Below, piece after piece: positions 17,032 through 27,600 of a DNA stretch of 36,161 nt. Below the pieces are notes generated by a model that was given only the letters and a program-made list of their open reading frames with translations, had not been told where the DNA came from and ran no database searches. Position 1 is the first letter of the stretch, and each line of letters opens with the position of its first letter. The position numbers and the translations under genes were made by a program. This DNA is from a virus. Its lineage: Duplodnaviria > Caudoviricetes. The DNA lies in the IMG/VR virus record IMGVR_UViG_3300026125_000370, positions 1 to 36,161 of that record, one strand, 5' to 3'.

Positions 17032-18882
17032 TTATGTTATATTTAGCGGATTTTGCGCTACTGTGCTGTCTACTATCCACTCACCTAATGCATTTATTAC
17101 AAAGAAACGCACTTCTCTGTTTATTTCTAACGTAAATTCTGGTATTAGACTATTAGGTAAATTAATACCCTGAATAACGCTTACTGTGCCACCTGCTGCT
17201 GCATTAACTTCAACTTCTGTAGTGCTTGACGATGATGCAACATCAATCGGGTCAGTAGTTTGTGTTGCATTATAATCTGTACAAATCACTCGAGCAGCTT
17301 TACCTTGTGCAAACGTACTCGGTGGGTAAGTTGCATTTAGCACATCAATAATTCTATCGTTTGGACTTATATAACCAGTAATATCAAAACTAAACACAAT
17401 AGGTTCATTTTGTATTTCTCTGTCTACATAAATCTTAGGTGTAGCGTGATCATTTGCTGTAGGTTCATTTAGTTGTGTAATCTTACTGCTAGATACGTTG
17501 ATATCGCCTGCACCGGCACTTATTGTTAAGCCAGTACCGCTGATTCTTGAAATAGTATTACCGTCTAAACGTATACTATCTACTGTTAGTTCAGATAGTG
17601 TACCTACTCTAGTAATACCAGTTGCTGTTGTTACAGTATCAAACAATCTTGTGCTGCTTAATAAGTTAGCGCCATTGTGTTTAATAACTTTTCCGTTAGC
17701 TAGGTCAATGTTTTCGCTCGACGTCCAGCTCGAAGTAGTGTTACTCCAGTTAAATGTCTTGTCTGTTGCGCCTTTAAGAGTAATGCCGCCGCCGTCTGCT
17801 GTTAATTCAGTCGGTGACGCTGTTACTCCGAGTTCAATATTCTTATCTTCTACTTGTACTGTTTGTACATTTGTAGTAAAACTGTCACCTTCAACAATAA
17901 GATCGCCTGTAATCCTTGCATTGCCTGTAACATCTAAGTTATATGCTGGAGAATCTTGGAATATACCTACACGTTGTTCGTTTGCTAAGACTGTAATTGC
18001 ATCAATTTGCGATAGTTCGCTTGTAGCAGAGTTTACAACTAAATGGAAGTTTCTTCCAGATCGAGTGTTACGAATAGTAAATCCGTCATCAATGAGCAAA
18101 CGTGTATCACTGTTTACACCTATAGTAATACCCGAACTAGTTCTTACATCTAAGCTACCGTTTAGTACACCGTTTTCGTCATTTTTTAATAGACGAGCTT
18201 CTGGAACTATCTGCCCAGTGGCGCTTTTTAGGCTTAGTGCGTTTGATGCTGTTCCATAAAATTGAAAAGTTTCAGGACTTACTAAGTTAATACCTTTAAA
18301 AATTCTCCCTGCAGGATTTTCTGTTGTTACTAAACTAAGAATTTGGTTTGTTGGTAAAGGATTTGGTGTGAACGTTTCACCTGAAATAACCGCTTGTAGC
18401 GATTCTCTTACATATACTTCAAGTACTGTTTTACTATTTAAAGATGTGTCAAATACAGTTCTTATTACTATTCCGCTTTTTCCTTGCAAGCTACTGTATG
18501 CTGGACCAATTAGTGTCCATTCGTTCCCGTCATACAAATAAAACTGTTTATCTAATGTACTAAACCACGTGTCACCCGAAATTGCACCACTTGGTTGATT
18601 TTCACTAATAAACGATCCTGCGGCGCTTTGGAAATCATCACCGTCGAATATTTTTAATTTGTTTTCCGATGTGTCGTACCATAACTGTCCTCTAAGAGGA
18701 GCAATTGGCTCGTTTGGATTAGCAAAGTTTTCTAGCAACTTAACAAAGTTTTCATTTAAGAACTCACCGTACCCTGTATAGTTTCTGCCTACAAGAGCAA
18801 GATCAGTTGTGCTAGTATCTAATATACCGTCAATTAAATCTGTTAAAACCGATCCGTCTGTTTTGTTTAATTTATATGCCAT
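17032..18882 (-). CDS. Tail fibre-like protein
   Basis: Shared N-module (GRNYTGYGEFLNENFVKLLENFA...GQLWYD); fibre-type motifs RVGIFQDSPAYNLDVTGNARITGDL and VEDKNIELG...ADGGGITLKG. Start reassigned to ATG 18882 (MAYKLNK), matching the MAY/MPY starts of paralogues. Confidence 0.8.
   Translation of the reverse strand: MAYKLNKTDGSVLTDLIDGILDTSTTDLALVGRNYTGYGEFLNENFVKLLENFANPNEPIAPLRGQLWYDTSENKLKIFDGDDFQSAAGSFISENQPSGAISGDTWFSTLDKQFYLYDGNEWTLIGPAYSSLQGKSGIVIRTVFDTSLNSKTVLEVYVRESLQAVISGETFTPNPLPTNQILSLVTTENPAGRIFKGINLVSPETFQFYGTASNALSLKSATGQIVPEARLLKNDENGVLNGSLDVRTSSGITIGVNSDTRLLIDDGFTIRNTRSGRNFHLVVNSATSELSQIDAITVLANEQRVGIFQDSPAYNLDVTGNARITGDLIVEGDSFTTNVQTVQVEDKNIELGVTASPTELTADGGGITLKGATDKTFNWSNTTSSWTSSENIDLANGKVIKHNGANLLSSTRLFDTVTTATGITRVGTLSELTVDSIRLDGNTISRISGTGLTISAGAGDINVSSSKITQLNEPTANDHATPKIYVDREIQNEPIVFSFDITGYISPNDRIIDVLNATYPPSTFAQGKAARVICTDYNATQTTDPIDVASSSSTTEVEVNAAAGGTVSVIQGINLPNSLIPEFTLEINREVRFFVINALGEWIVDSTVAQNPLNIT
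17040..17046 (-). promoter_or_regulatory. Possible late promoter box CTAAATA
   Basis: TAAATA core about 34 nt upstream of ATG 17006, similar spacing to the other boxes; imperfect match in AT-rich DNA. Confidence 0.35.
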
Positions 18883-18895
18883 ATGCCCTTGTCCC

Positions 18896-21004
18896 TTATG
18901 CGTTATCTGCAAATATTATGTATGTTACAGTTTGATACGGAGGCATAATGTCCAATGGTGCTCCTAGTGCATCTCCTGTATCTATTCGATAATTGTCGTT
19001 ACCGTCTATGCCGCCTTCTTTAATACCTCCCGAAGTAGGTAGTCCTGACGTAGTTTGAGATCCTTGAGGAATAAGAAGTCCTTCAACTTCGCCGCCAAGG
19101 TCCTCGCTGTCAGGAGTGTCAAGCATTGCATAGAACTGCTGTCCTTCTGACGACTTTAAAGTATGATCGTGCTGCGGAAGGTTTGATTTAAGAATGTCCT
19201 TGAATTCTGAGCCAGCTGATTTACCAACAGTGTCTGCATTTGAATTTGTAACCTTGTTGTGCGAAGACCCGCCCATATTATCTGCACCTAATGGGAATCT
19301 ACCTCTTAAATCCGGTAATGCAAAGTGTGTAGCTGCTGTTGCACCAGCTGGGCCGTTTTGTTCTATGAGAACAGGATCTAAGAATTGGTGTCCAATTGCT
19401 AACCATAAATCAAATGCGTCTGATTTTTGTATAATACTACCGTCACACAAGAACCAACCCGTTGGTACATTAATTCCAGCAAATGGCGCTATCATACCAA
19501 CTGGATTCTTTGGAAGTTTCTTAAATAAATTTGCTTGTGTGATTCTAAATAAACCAACTTCATCGCCTACTGTTCTGTTAATAAGTATTTCATCACCGTT
19601 TTGAATATCTATTACAGAATCCTTTGAAGCAATAAATTCATTCGAAAGTGTTGTTTTAAACGTTTTAGTTAGCTCACCTGAACCGTCAAATGTAAATGAG
19701 TCTGCACTTACATCGCCTTCCATTACAAATTTTGTTTTATTTGTAAGTTTCGAAGCTTCAGACGCTGCACCTTCAATAGTACCTTTTACAGATCCTTCTA
19801 AGTTACCTACAAACGTTGTTGCAGTAATTTTATTAAAACCACTAATATTAGGAATAGTAAGTGCTTCTGGGTTAGTAGTAATATTACCATCAAGTTGCAG
19901 TCCGCCTTTGATAGTTGCACCGTTGCCAATCTTTACATGTTTTGCAATACTAGCACCACCTGACGTTACTAAACTGCCGTCTGTTAGATTGTCATCGAAC
20001 GTTTGATCAGCTTCTTCAACGCCTAATACTACTACTTGCTCGCTTATTTGAGCAACACCATTAACATCTAAACTTGTTTCTGGATTTTCTTTGTTAATAC
20101 CTACAGTTGCATCGCTCTTAATACGTACGGCTGTTGCGAATCCAGATTCGTTTTTTACCTTTAAGTCTAAACTTGCACCTGTAAAGTTACTCTTAATTAC
20201 ACCTCGTTCACCAGATGCTTCTAATCCTAGCTGTCCGTTTAGACCAACTTGTACACCCGAGTTAGACTTTACACGGATTACATTGTTTGATGTAGTAGGA
20301 GCATCGCCTCTCAAAAAGTTATTTGCACTTACTGGAGCAGTTGCGCCGCTTACTACGAGCGAAGTTGCTGCTTCTGCAACACCATTATATTGTAGTAATC
20401 CTGTATCAAATGCAAATGTACTCAAGTTAAATCCAGGTTTAAGGGTTGTAAAACCTCGGATTGTAACTTTTGGTGTAAATTGTCTTGTAGTTATTATTGC
20501 AGCAGGTTGATCTTCCATATCAATACGTAGTATTGTATATAGGACGTTGTCTGTGCCTAATATTTGTTCTGCTCTTGCACCTGTCGCAAGCCCTTGACTA
20601 AATTCTGGTCCTACAAGAATCCAATTAGCACCGTTATTCAAGTACAACTGCTGATTATCTGTATCAACCCAAAGGTCACCTTTAACAGAGTTAGAAATTT
20701 CAGGAACAGTATCGCCACGTTTTAGGCCGCCTGCTGCAACCCAGTTAGTACCATCATATACTTTAAGCTGGTCAACACCAATAGTATTATCGTACCAAGT
20801 TTGTCCTTCTACAGGATTGCTCGGCGGAGTATTAGCAGCAAAGTTTTCTAACAAGTGTAGAAAGTTTTCACCAATTGCTGTGCCGTATGCTGTTGCTTGT
20901 TTACCAGGAAACTGAAGACTGGTGTCTGTTGTATTAATTTCTCTATCTTCGATTAATAGAGAACCTTTGTTAATTTCGTCAGTGAAACGTATAGTATATG
21001 GCAT
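18896..21004 (-). CDS. Tail fibre protein with phage tail-collar domain
   Basis: Shared N-module (IGENFLHLLENFA...GQTWYD); collar motif PVGMIAPFAG...PTGWFLCDGS...FALPDLRGRFPLG (about 19507-19286); LPQHDH; terminal MPPYQTVTYII. Confidence 0.88.
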   Translation of the reverse strand: MPYTIRFTDEINKGSLLIEDREINTTDTSLQFPGKQATAYGTAIGENFLHLLENFAANTPPSNPVEGQTWYDNTIGVDQLKVYDGTNWVAAGGLKRGDTVPEISNSVKGDLWVDTDNQQLYLNNGANWILVGPEFSQGLATGARAEQILGTDNVLYTILRIDMEDQPAAIITTRQFTPKVTIRGFTTLKPGFNLSTFAFDTGLLQYNGVAEAATSLVVSGATAPVSANNFLRGDAPTTSNNVIRVKSNSGVQVGLNGQLGLEASGERGVIKSNFTGASLDLKVKNESGFATAVRIKSDATVGINKENPETSLDVNGVAQISEQVVVLGVEEADQTFDDNLTDGSLVTSGGASIAKHVKIGNGATIKGGLQLDGNITTNPEALTIPNISGFNKITATTFVGNLEGSVKGTIEGAASEASKLTNKTKFVMEGDVSADSFTFDGSGELTKTFKTTLSNEFIASKDSVIDIQNGDEILINRTVGDEVGLFRITQANLFKKLPKNPVGMIAPFAGINVPTGWFLCDGSIIQKSDAFDLWLAIGHQFLDPVLIEQNGPAGATAATHFALPDLRGRFPLGADNMGGSSHNKVTNSNADTVGKSAGSEFKDILKSNLPQHDHTLKSSEGQQFYAMLDTPDSEDLGGEVEGLLIPQGSQTTSGLPTSGGIKEGGIDGNDNYRIDTGDALGAPLDIMPPYQTVTYIIFADNA

Positions 21005-21612
21005 TATGCATTACCTCCACTTAGACTTTGTACTCTTACAGTGTAGTCAATTTGAATAAGTCTGTTAAGTGATTTTTGTACAGGGTGGAATATAACGTGT
21101 GTAATCAAACGTCCTGTGCCTATGCCATCTGGGCCAGCAGCTCTAAGACCAATTTCATCAAATACATAACGTGCGTCTTGATCAGTAGCAGTATCAAACG
21201 CATCTTGGCCGTTTGGTTCGCCATAATCTAATAAACAGGTAACAAGAATATCTGTATAGTTAGTACCACTTATGTGTCTAGTTTCGATCTTGTTACGTGT
21301 TGGATCTGTGTTATTTGCATTGCGATCGTCTACAATCTTAGTAAATGTTTGATTGTAAAGACCTGCATTAGTTCCTGTGCTGTTTGGTGTTAAGTATGTA
21401 ATAATACCTGTAGGGTCTACGTTAGTACCGCCGTTACCAAAACACATTTCGCTAATAGGGCCTCGGCCTGCATTGCCAAGACTCTCTGCTAATGCTATAC
21501 TCATATTTTCATAGTGTATAGCATTTTTCTTATCTACAAAGATTTCACCTGTCTCCGGGTTATGGATCTTGATGTATCCTTGTACATATACGCCACTGTT
21601 TTCGTTAATCAT
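21004..21612 (-). CDS. Putative baseplate/tail-fibre attachment protein
   Basis: Lies between the giant structural ORF and the fibre genes (TAATG coupling); FGNGG...FDEIGL...LITH..F.PVQK....IDYTV resembles fibre N-terminal/baseplate modules. Confidence 0.6.
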   Translation of the reverse strand: MINENSGVYVQGYIKIHNPETGEIFVDKKNAIHYENMSIALAESLGNAGRGPISEMCFGNGGTNVDPTGIITYLTPNSTGTNAGLYNQTFTKIVDDRNANNTDPTRNKIETRHISGTNYTDILVTCLLDYGEPNGQDAFDTATDQDARYVFDEIGLRAAGPDGIGTGRLITHVIFHPVQKSLNRLIQIDYTVRVQSLSGGNA

Positions 21613-21635
21613 GTTTTCAGTTCCATTCCTATACT

Positions 21636-21644
21636 GTATTTATT
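21636..21644 (-). promoter_or_regulatory. Late promoter-like box AATAAATAC
   Basis: Overlaps the TAA stop of the giant ORF, about 25 nt before ATG 21612; same ATAAATAC core as at 15506-15513. Confidence 0.5.
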
Positions 21645-24600
21645 CAGGTAGCTCACTTACACTTTGACGTAAGAAATTACCAATATCGTTTTGTGCATCT
21701 TTGAGCGGTACGCCAGGTTCTGTCCAAAGTTTACCTTGTTTTCTAACTATTGTAATTCTATTACCTTCGCTTACTGGTTCCGCAAGTACAACTTCTGCAA
21801 GAGCAACATCACCAGTTTCGGTGTATGTAAGCTCAACTGTAAATTCTGCAGGTTGTGTTACGTCACCTTGCGGGCTGTCAATAGCTAGTGTAGGATCAAA
21901 CACCTCAATTGGTGTTTTACGCATTCTACGTCCAGCCACAAACAATTCAAACTCGTTTACACCTGCTGTTGGTATCCAATCAAGTGCTATTCTTGTTTGG
22001 CCTTCTGTTGCATCGATGTTTGTAGTAATTACCTCATCTGCATAAGGAATATTTTTATTTGATCCTTGTGCTTCAATAGTAGTACCTGCAGGATATACTG
22101 AGCCTACACCTGTACCTAGTGTGCCACGGCGTATTTGACGTAAAGTATTTCCGTCTTTAATAAAGTATTCTATACGCTCGCCTTGAACAAAAATAATGCC
22201 AGGCTTGTTCTGTCTACGATCCGGGGTTGGAAGTAGTGTTGCATCTTCTACTTCAATACGCAAGTCGTATTCGTGTAAATCTTGAGCAAGAACAATACCT
22301 TGTGCATTATCAACACGCTTGTAGTGTGTTCTGTTAAGAATATCTTTAAACTGTCTAAATGCAATTCTTGGAGTACTTAATGGTGCTGCAAAGTGTAGTA
22401 CATCAACAGTTACACCGTCTGCAGGTGCATCTTTCAAGTGTACTATGCGCTTGTCTAGGCTTAGATCGTAATCTACAGTCGGCATTAACCATTCGCCGTC
22501 TACCATTACCCAAACATATTGTACGCCCACTGCCGGAGTAACAAGTTCGATCTTACCACCTTTGATTGAGTGGAATCTTGTAAACTCGTCTAAACCTTTT
22601 GTTAGGCTACTTCTAGCAACCATGTCGTAAGTATAACGCTCTAGTCCAGTTACATCGTGATTAGTAAATGAGTAGACGTTAATTACTGCGCCTTCTGCGG
22701 GTTCTTTACCAGTGTTAAATGTTAGTGTAGCACCGTCTATTTGGTAATCGCCTACATCTTTTAGGAAGATTTCTAGCTCATCGCCAACTTGCAATAGACC
22801 AGCATCAAGAATAATACTAGAGTTACCAACACTTACTAGATACTCAACACTTTGTTGTAAAATTTCTCCATTTACATACACTTCTAAGAATGCAGTATTA
22901 ATAGTCGAATCTGGTACTTGGAATTTTTCTAGTTCATACTCAACTTGTAGAGAATCTGTTACAACAAATTGGATATTATATCCTGGACTTTGTATCTTGC
23001 CGTCAACTTCTACAATAGTATAGAATTGAGCAGGACCTTTTACTGCCGGAGCTACTGCTAGATCAAAACTAACTGTGCTACCGTCTGCAACAAACGTATC
23101 CTTCATTACTTTACTGTAGTTCTGTTGATCGTTATTTGCATAGATTTCATAATCAAGTACTGTTCCTGCTGGAGGATTTCCTTGAGAAAACTCAAATACA
23201 ACAAATCCTGCATCATTTTTTGTAGGAATTACTGTACCTGCTTCTGGTTCTTTACCATTAACTGTGTAAACAAACTGTAGATCTTTAGTCCACTGTACTT
23301 TAGTTTCTAGTATAATCGAAGTGCCATCTGCAACAATAGTGTCAATGTCAAGAATGTTTTGGCCGTTCTTACCGACACTTAGTATTGTTAGACGCTGTCC
23401 TGATGCCGGTGTTGTGTTAAAGGTTAGTGTTTGTGCTACTCTGTCAACAACGTATTGATCATCACTTAATACTGTTGTACCAAGTTTAACAATAACAGCA
23501 TCGTCACTGTTAGGGAACAATCCTAAACCGTATTCGCTAGTTACACCGTCTGTAATGTAGTTTTGATTGTATACTTCGCCTTGTCCGGCGCCTACACGCT
23601 CGTAAACTTTAATATCTACAGTGTCGAGAATTTGTCCTGGGACTAGTTCTTCCGGGCCTCCGCTTGTTATTGGAGTAACAAACAAATCACCATCTACAAC
23701 AATATCTTCTGCATTTACACCAGTAGCATTACCATAGTTTAGATTACCGCCTTCAAGTATTGTATCAAAACTATCACCATCTGGTAAGAAGCTACCGTCT
23801 GATGTAATCTTGCGAAGAATAAATCTATCACCATCTTCTGCTGTAACGTCTACTAGATTAACTACAGTTGTTACGCCATCACCTGTAATGCTGTTCATTA
23901 CAGCATTAGGATTAGTAGGCGTTGTGTTGTAGTTAGCATCATCTATTCTTACACCGTTACGATATACGTTATAAACAACACCGTCTTCTAGCGGCTCGTC
24001 TAGCTCAATAACTACAGTTGTGCCATCTGCAATAAACAGGATATCTTCGTATGTGTTATCGTAAGTATCCCATGGCTCTGCATACCATCCGTCTGTGTCC
24101 CATCCTGCAGGACCGTCAAAGTCGAAACTGCGTACTTCAACACCGCCGTAGTCAATGCCTGTCATTAGCTGACCTAAGTCAATGCCTGGCATGCCAGCAG
24201 TTGGTTTGTAGAATTCTCTAATACGGTCTGCGCTCTGTAGCATTGCAGGATCTTTACTGTACTCTACAACAATTTTTGCATCTAGTGCAGGAGGATCAAC
24301 AAACTCAATTTGACCTAAGTATCTTTCATAAGATGCTGTAGTGTCTTTGATGTTAGTGTATGTAAATTTACTGCGAAGTTGTTTTTCGCCATCAATGTAT
24401 ACAGCTATGCGATTTGTTTTAATCTCCATAGGCCAGTTTAGCGTAAACTTAACTGTTTGTGCAGTGCCAGTAAACGTTTGTGTTTCTGGTAAGCTTAGGA
24501 TAAAGTATTCGCCACTTACGCGGTCAAACTTAGTAATAACTTTAAAGCTCTTAGCAAGACTGTTACCAATAACTGCACTTAGGCGTGCTTCTGTTCCACC

Positions 24601-27600
24601 GTCTTGAGCATCGCCTACTAGACGTACTGTAGGAGCACTTAGATAACCGCTGCCTGGATTAGTAACTTCAACTTTTACTACACTTCCTCGACCAATGTAT
24701 GCTTTTGCAGTTGCACCGGTGCCGCCACCGCCTTCAATAAACACCTGTGGAGGATTCTTGTACTTAGAACCACCATCAAATATGTTAATAGCAGTTACTT
24801 CAAATCCAACAGTATCTATCCAGTTTTTATCTGGGTACTCGTCGAATCTTGGTTCTGCACCAACTAGGTTGTTATCAATTACTTTTAGTTCGCTAGTTGT
24901 AATCTTACCAGTTGTTGTGTCGTAGTATGGAGGTACGTCGAAGTCTGAAGTTAGAGTATTTGTATTCTCTATTCTTTCGTATGCACTCAAGTATTCACGA
25001 ACATTTGTCTTGTAAGGTTTAACTTCTTCAATGTAATCATTGTAGCTAGGCAAGTTGTCGTTTTGGTACGTAATCTTCTGCTCTAGTTCGCCTACATTGT
25101 GTTTTGCTTTTACAAAACTTGTCTTGAATACCCAGTCTACGTTAAACTGCTCAGACAATACATATCTTACACTTGCAAAGAATAATTCGTTAAAGTCTTT
25201 TGCAAGATTGTCAACAAACAAATCTTCTTTTAGTGCTTCGAGTATCTGTCTAGTTTCTACTACTGGTTCTGAATCGTAGAACTTGCTGTCAAACGCAAAT
25301 GCATCAAAGCCTACGTTACTTACTGCAACATCATACAATTTAGAGCTTAACTGAATTGTGCCATTCTGTCTACCAATAGTTTCATAATCTTCAGTATAAT
25401 CCCTCGAACCAGTTAGTGATACTCTTCTGAGTAACAGCCAGCCGCCTGATCCGATTGTCTGGATCTTAACAATATCGCCAATTGTTGCATTAGTTGACGG
25501 TAGCTGATAACTAAAGTCAACTGAATAATCAATTGTTGTAAACTGGTTGTAACCTTCTGCATACCAATCTGCATAATCCCAGTATAGAGAAGTGTTGTAA
25601 CTTTGAACACGCTTCCTATCCCAAGATGTAGTTGTTTCGTTCCATTCGTATATTGCCCAACGACCGTCTACGGTGCTATCATTACGAACTAGTACACTTA
25701 ATCTACGAACAACAACTTGTGTAGTTGACTCGTAGTTTATTCCCGGATTTAGAATATCAACATTTGTTACTTGCCCAATGTTGTTGATTGTTAAATCTAG
25801 CTCTAAGCCTTCGCCTGTGCCAATAACAGTGTAGCTTGGTCCTCTACGTCTTGTGCTTTCGCCTAGAACATAAGTAGGGTCAACATAACTACGACCTTTG
25901 TTAGTAATAGTTACTTTTCTCACGCTGCCGTTGTTTAGTTCTAAACGAAGTTGTGCAGGTTCTGCTCTCTCAGTTCCAACAAAACTTAGATCTTCAATTG
26001 TATCAACAACAATATCATAACTAAATGTAGTTAAACGAGGCTCTGCTTCTTTACTGTTTAATCTGTCAAAGTCAAACTCGTCAACCATAATATTTCTTGA
26101 CAGTACGAGGTTAGCTCTTTCAACAGTTTGTTTTAGGGCTTCTTGTCTGTTTACAAACATAGCCTGACGTGGATTAGAAAGTGCTCCATATTTTTGTCTA
26201 GGTGACAATTCAGGATCAGGCACTTGACGACCTGCACTGTCGTATCCAGTTAAACTGTCAATCCACTTGCGAAGAATGTCTTCTTTAGGTTGACTTGTTT
26301 CTAGACCTTCGCTTACGATTTGGTACTCACTGTGGACGTTTTGTTCTTGTGTATCTTGAGTATAGTAAGCAACGTTTAGAGCAACATCTGTGTCTGCTAT
26401 TAAACTTCTGCAATTAAACAGTGCAAATCTGCGGTTGCTTAGTAGTGCAGCAAATCTGTAGCCTTGACCCGCTGGATCTTGAATCAATCTAGCAACGTCG
26501 CCTGCACTTATGCTGCGACCGTCCATGTCAGGAATAGTAAATTTGTTCTTAACCCAGAAGTAGTATTTTGTACTGAATGACTGGCTTACTGGATCAAAGA
26601 CTAGTTTTTGCGAGTACGCATCGTCACCGTATCTCGATGTTCCGCTGATACCTTTTGCATAACCATCCGGAGTATCTGCAACTGCATCCCATTCGCTTGG
26701 AATCAAATTACTTTCTACCCACTCGTAAACGTCTACACTATAACCAGGAACAATCTTGTTCCAACGGTTGGTTTGATTTATTGCATCGCCTGTGTATGCA
26801 TTTTTAAACCTAGTAGTGCTTAAATCCCACCATAGTTTGCCAACATGTTCTTCTTCCCAGTTGTTGTATTCGCTAAACTGTCTTGCATTTATTGTGTTAT
26901 TGTAACGTGCAAGATCGTTGTAGCTCTTGAACGTAATTTCTTGTTCTGCAGGACCAGGAATCTTACCTTGCTGTACGTCAACATAATCAAGATATTCAAC
27001 TAGTTTATTAGTTTTAACATTATACAAGAATGCCTGTTTAATCTTCTTAAGATCTACAACATCTACACTAGAACGTAAAACTTCCCAACTATATTTGCCT
27101 CTAGGCATTCCGTAGTTTACAACTGCACCTTTAACACCGTCCTCGTTGACTAGTCTAGGTGCTCCGACATAAACTTCGTTGCCGTTTACAATTACTAGAT
27201 CACCGAACATTGCATCTATTACACTTGGATGTTCTAGTTCTTCTGCAATTAAATATTCGTCATCGATGTTTTGATAGAGCGTAATGCTACCGGTATCTGT
27301 AGTTTGTTTACTAAATGTAGTAAAGTCTCTGTCAAAAACAGTAACGTCATCATCTAGTGTTGTTTTAATTTTTATATCACCATTAAAGCTCGATACTGCT
27401 AGCCAGTTGTCAGTGAGACTAACTTGTGTTCCAAATTTCTCAAACTTTTCATTTCTAGGAGAAATAATAGTTTGTGACAGTTCAAACTGTGGATTAACAG
27501 CATTGTTCATCTTGTAAACAAATACTCTACCATTGTCTTCTGCATCTGTGTCGTTGCCAGGATCGCCTACAACTAGAACGTTACCGTCTTTAGACATATC

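Noticed and set aside
12295-21004. Diversity-generating retroelement or invertible fibre cassette
   Set aside because: No reverse transcriptase, invertase or near-identical TR/VR pair seen; similarity between paralogues is diverged and protein-level.
21609-21626. Mini-ORF MELKT* overlapping the start of the 202-aa gene
   Set aside because: Five codons; expected by chance, no further support.
260-21642. Stop-codon reassignment (no gene ends in TAG: 16 TAA, 5 TGA)
   Set aside because: Genes are intact under the standard code with no in-frame TAG needing read-through; TAG avoidance is normal in AT-rich genomes.
25413-25610. 65-aa minus-strand ORF nested in the giant gene
   Set aside because: Out-of-frame, short, no motif support.
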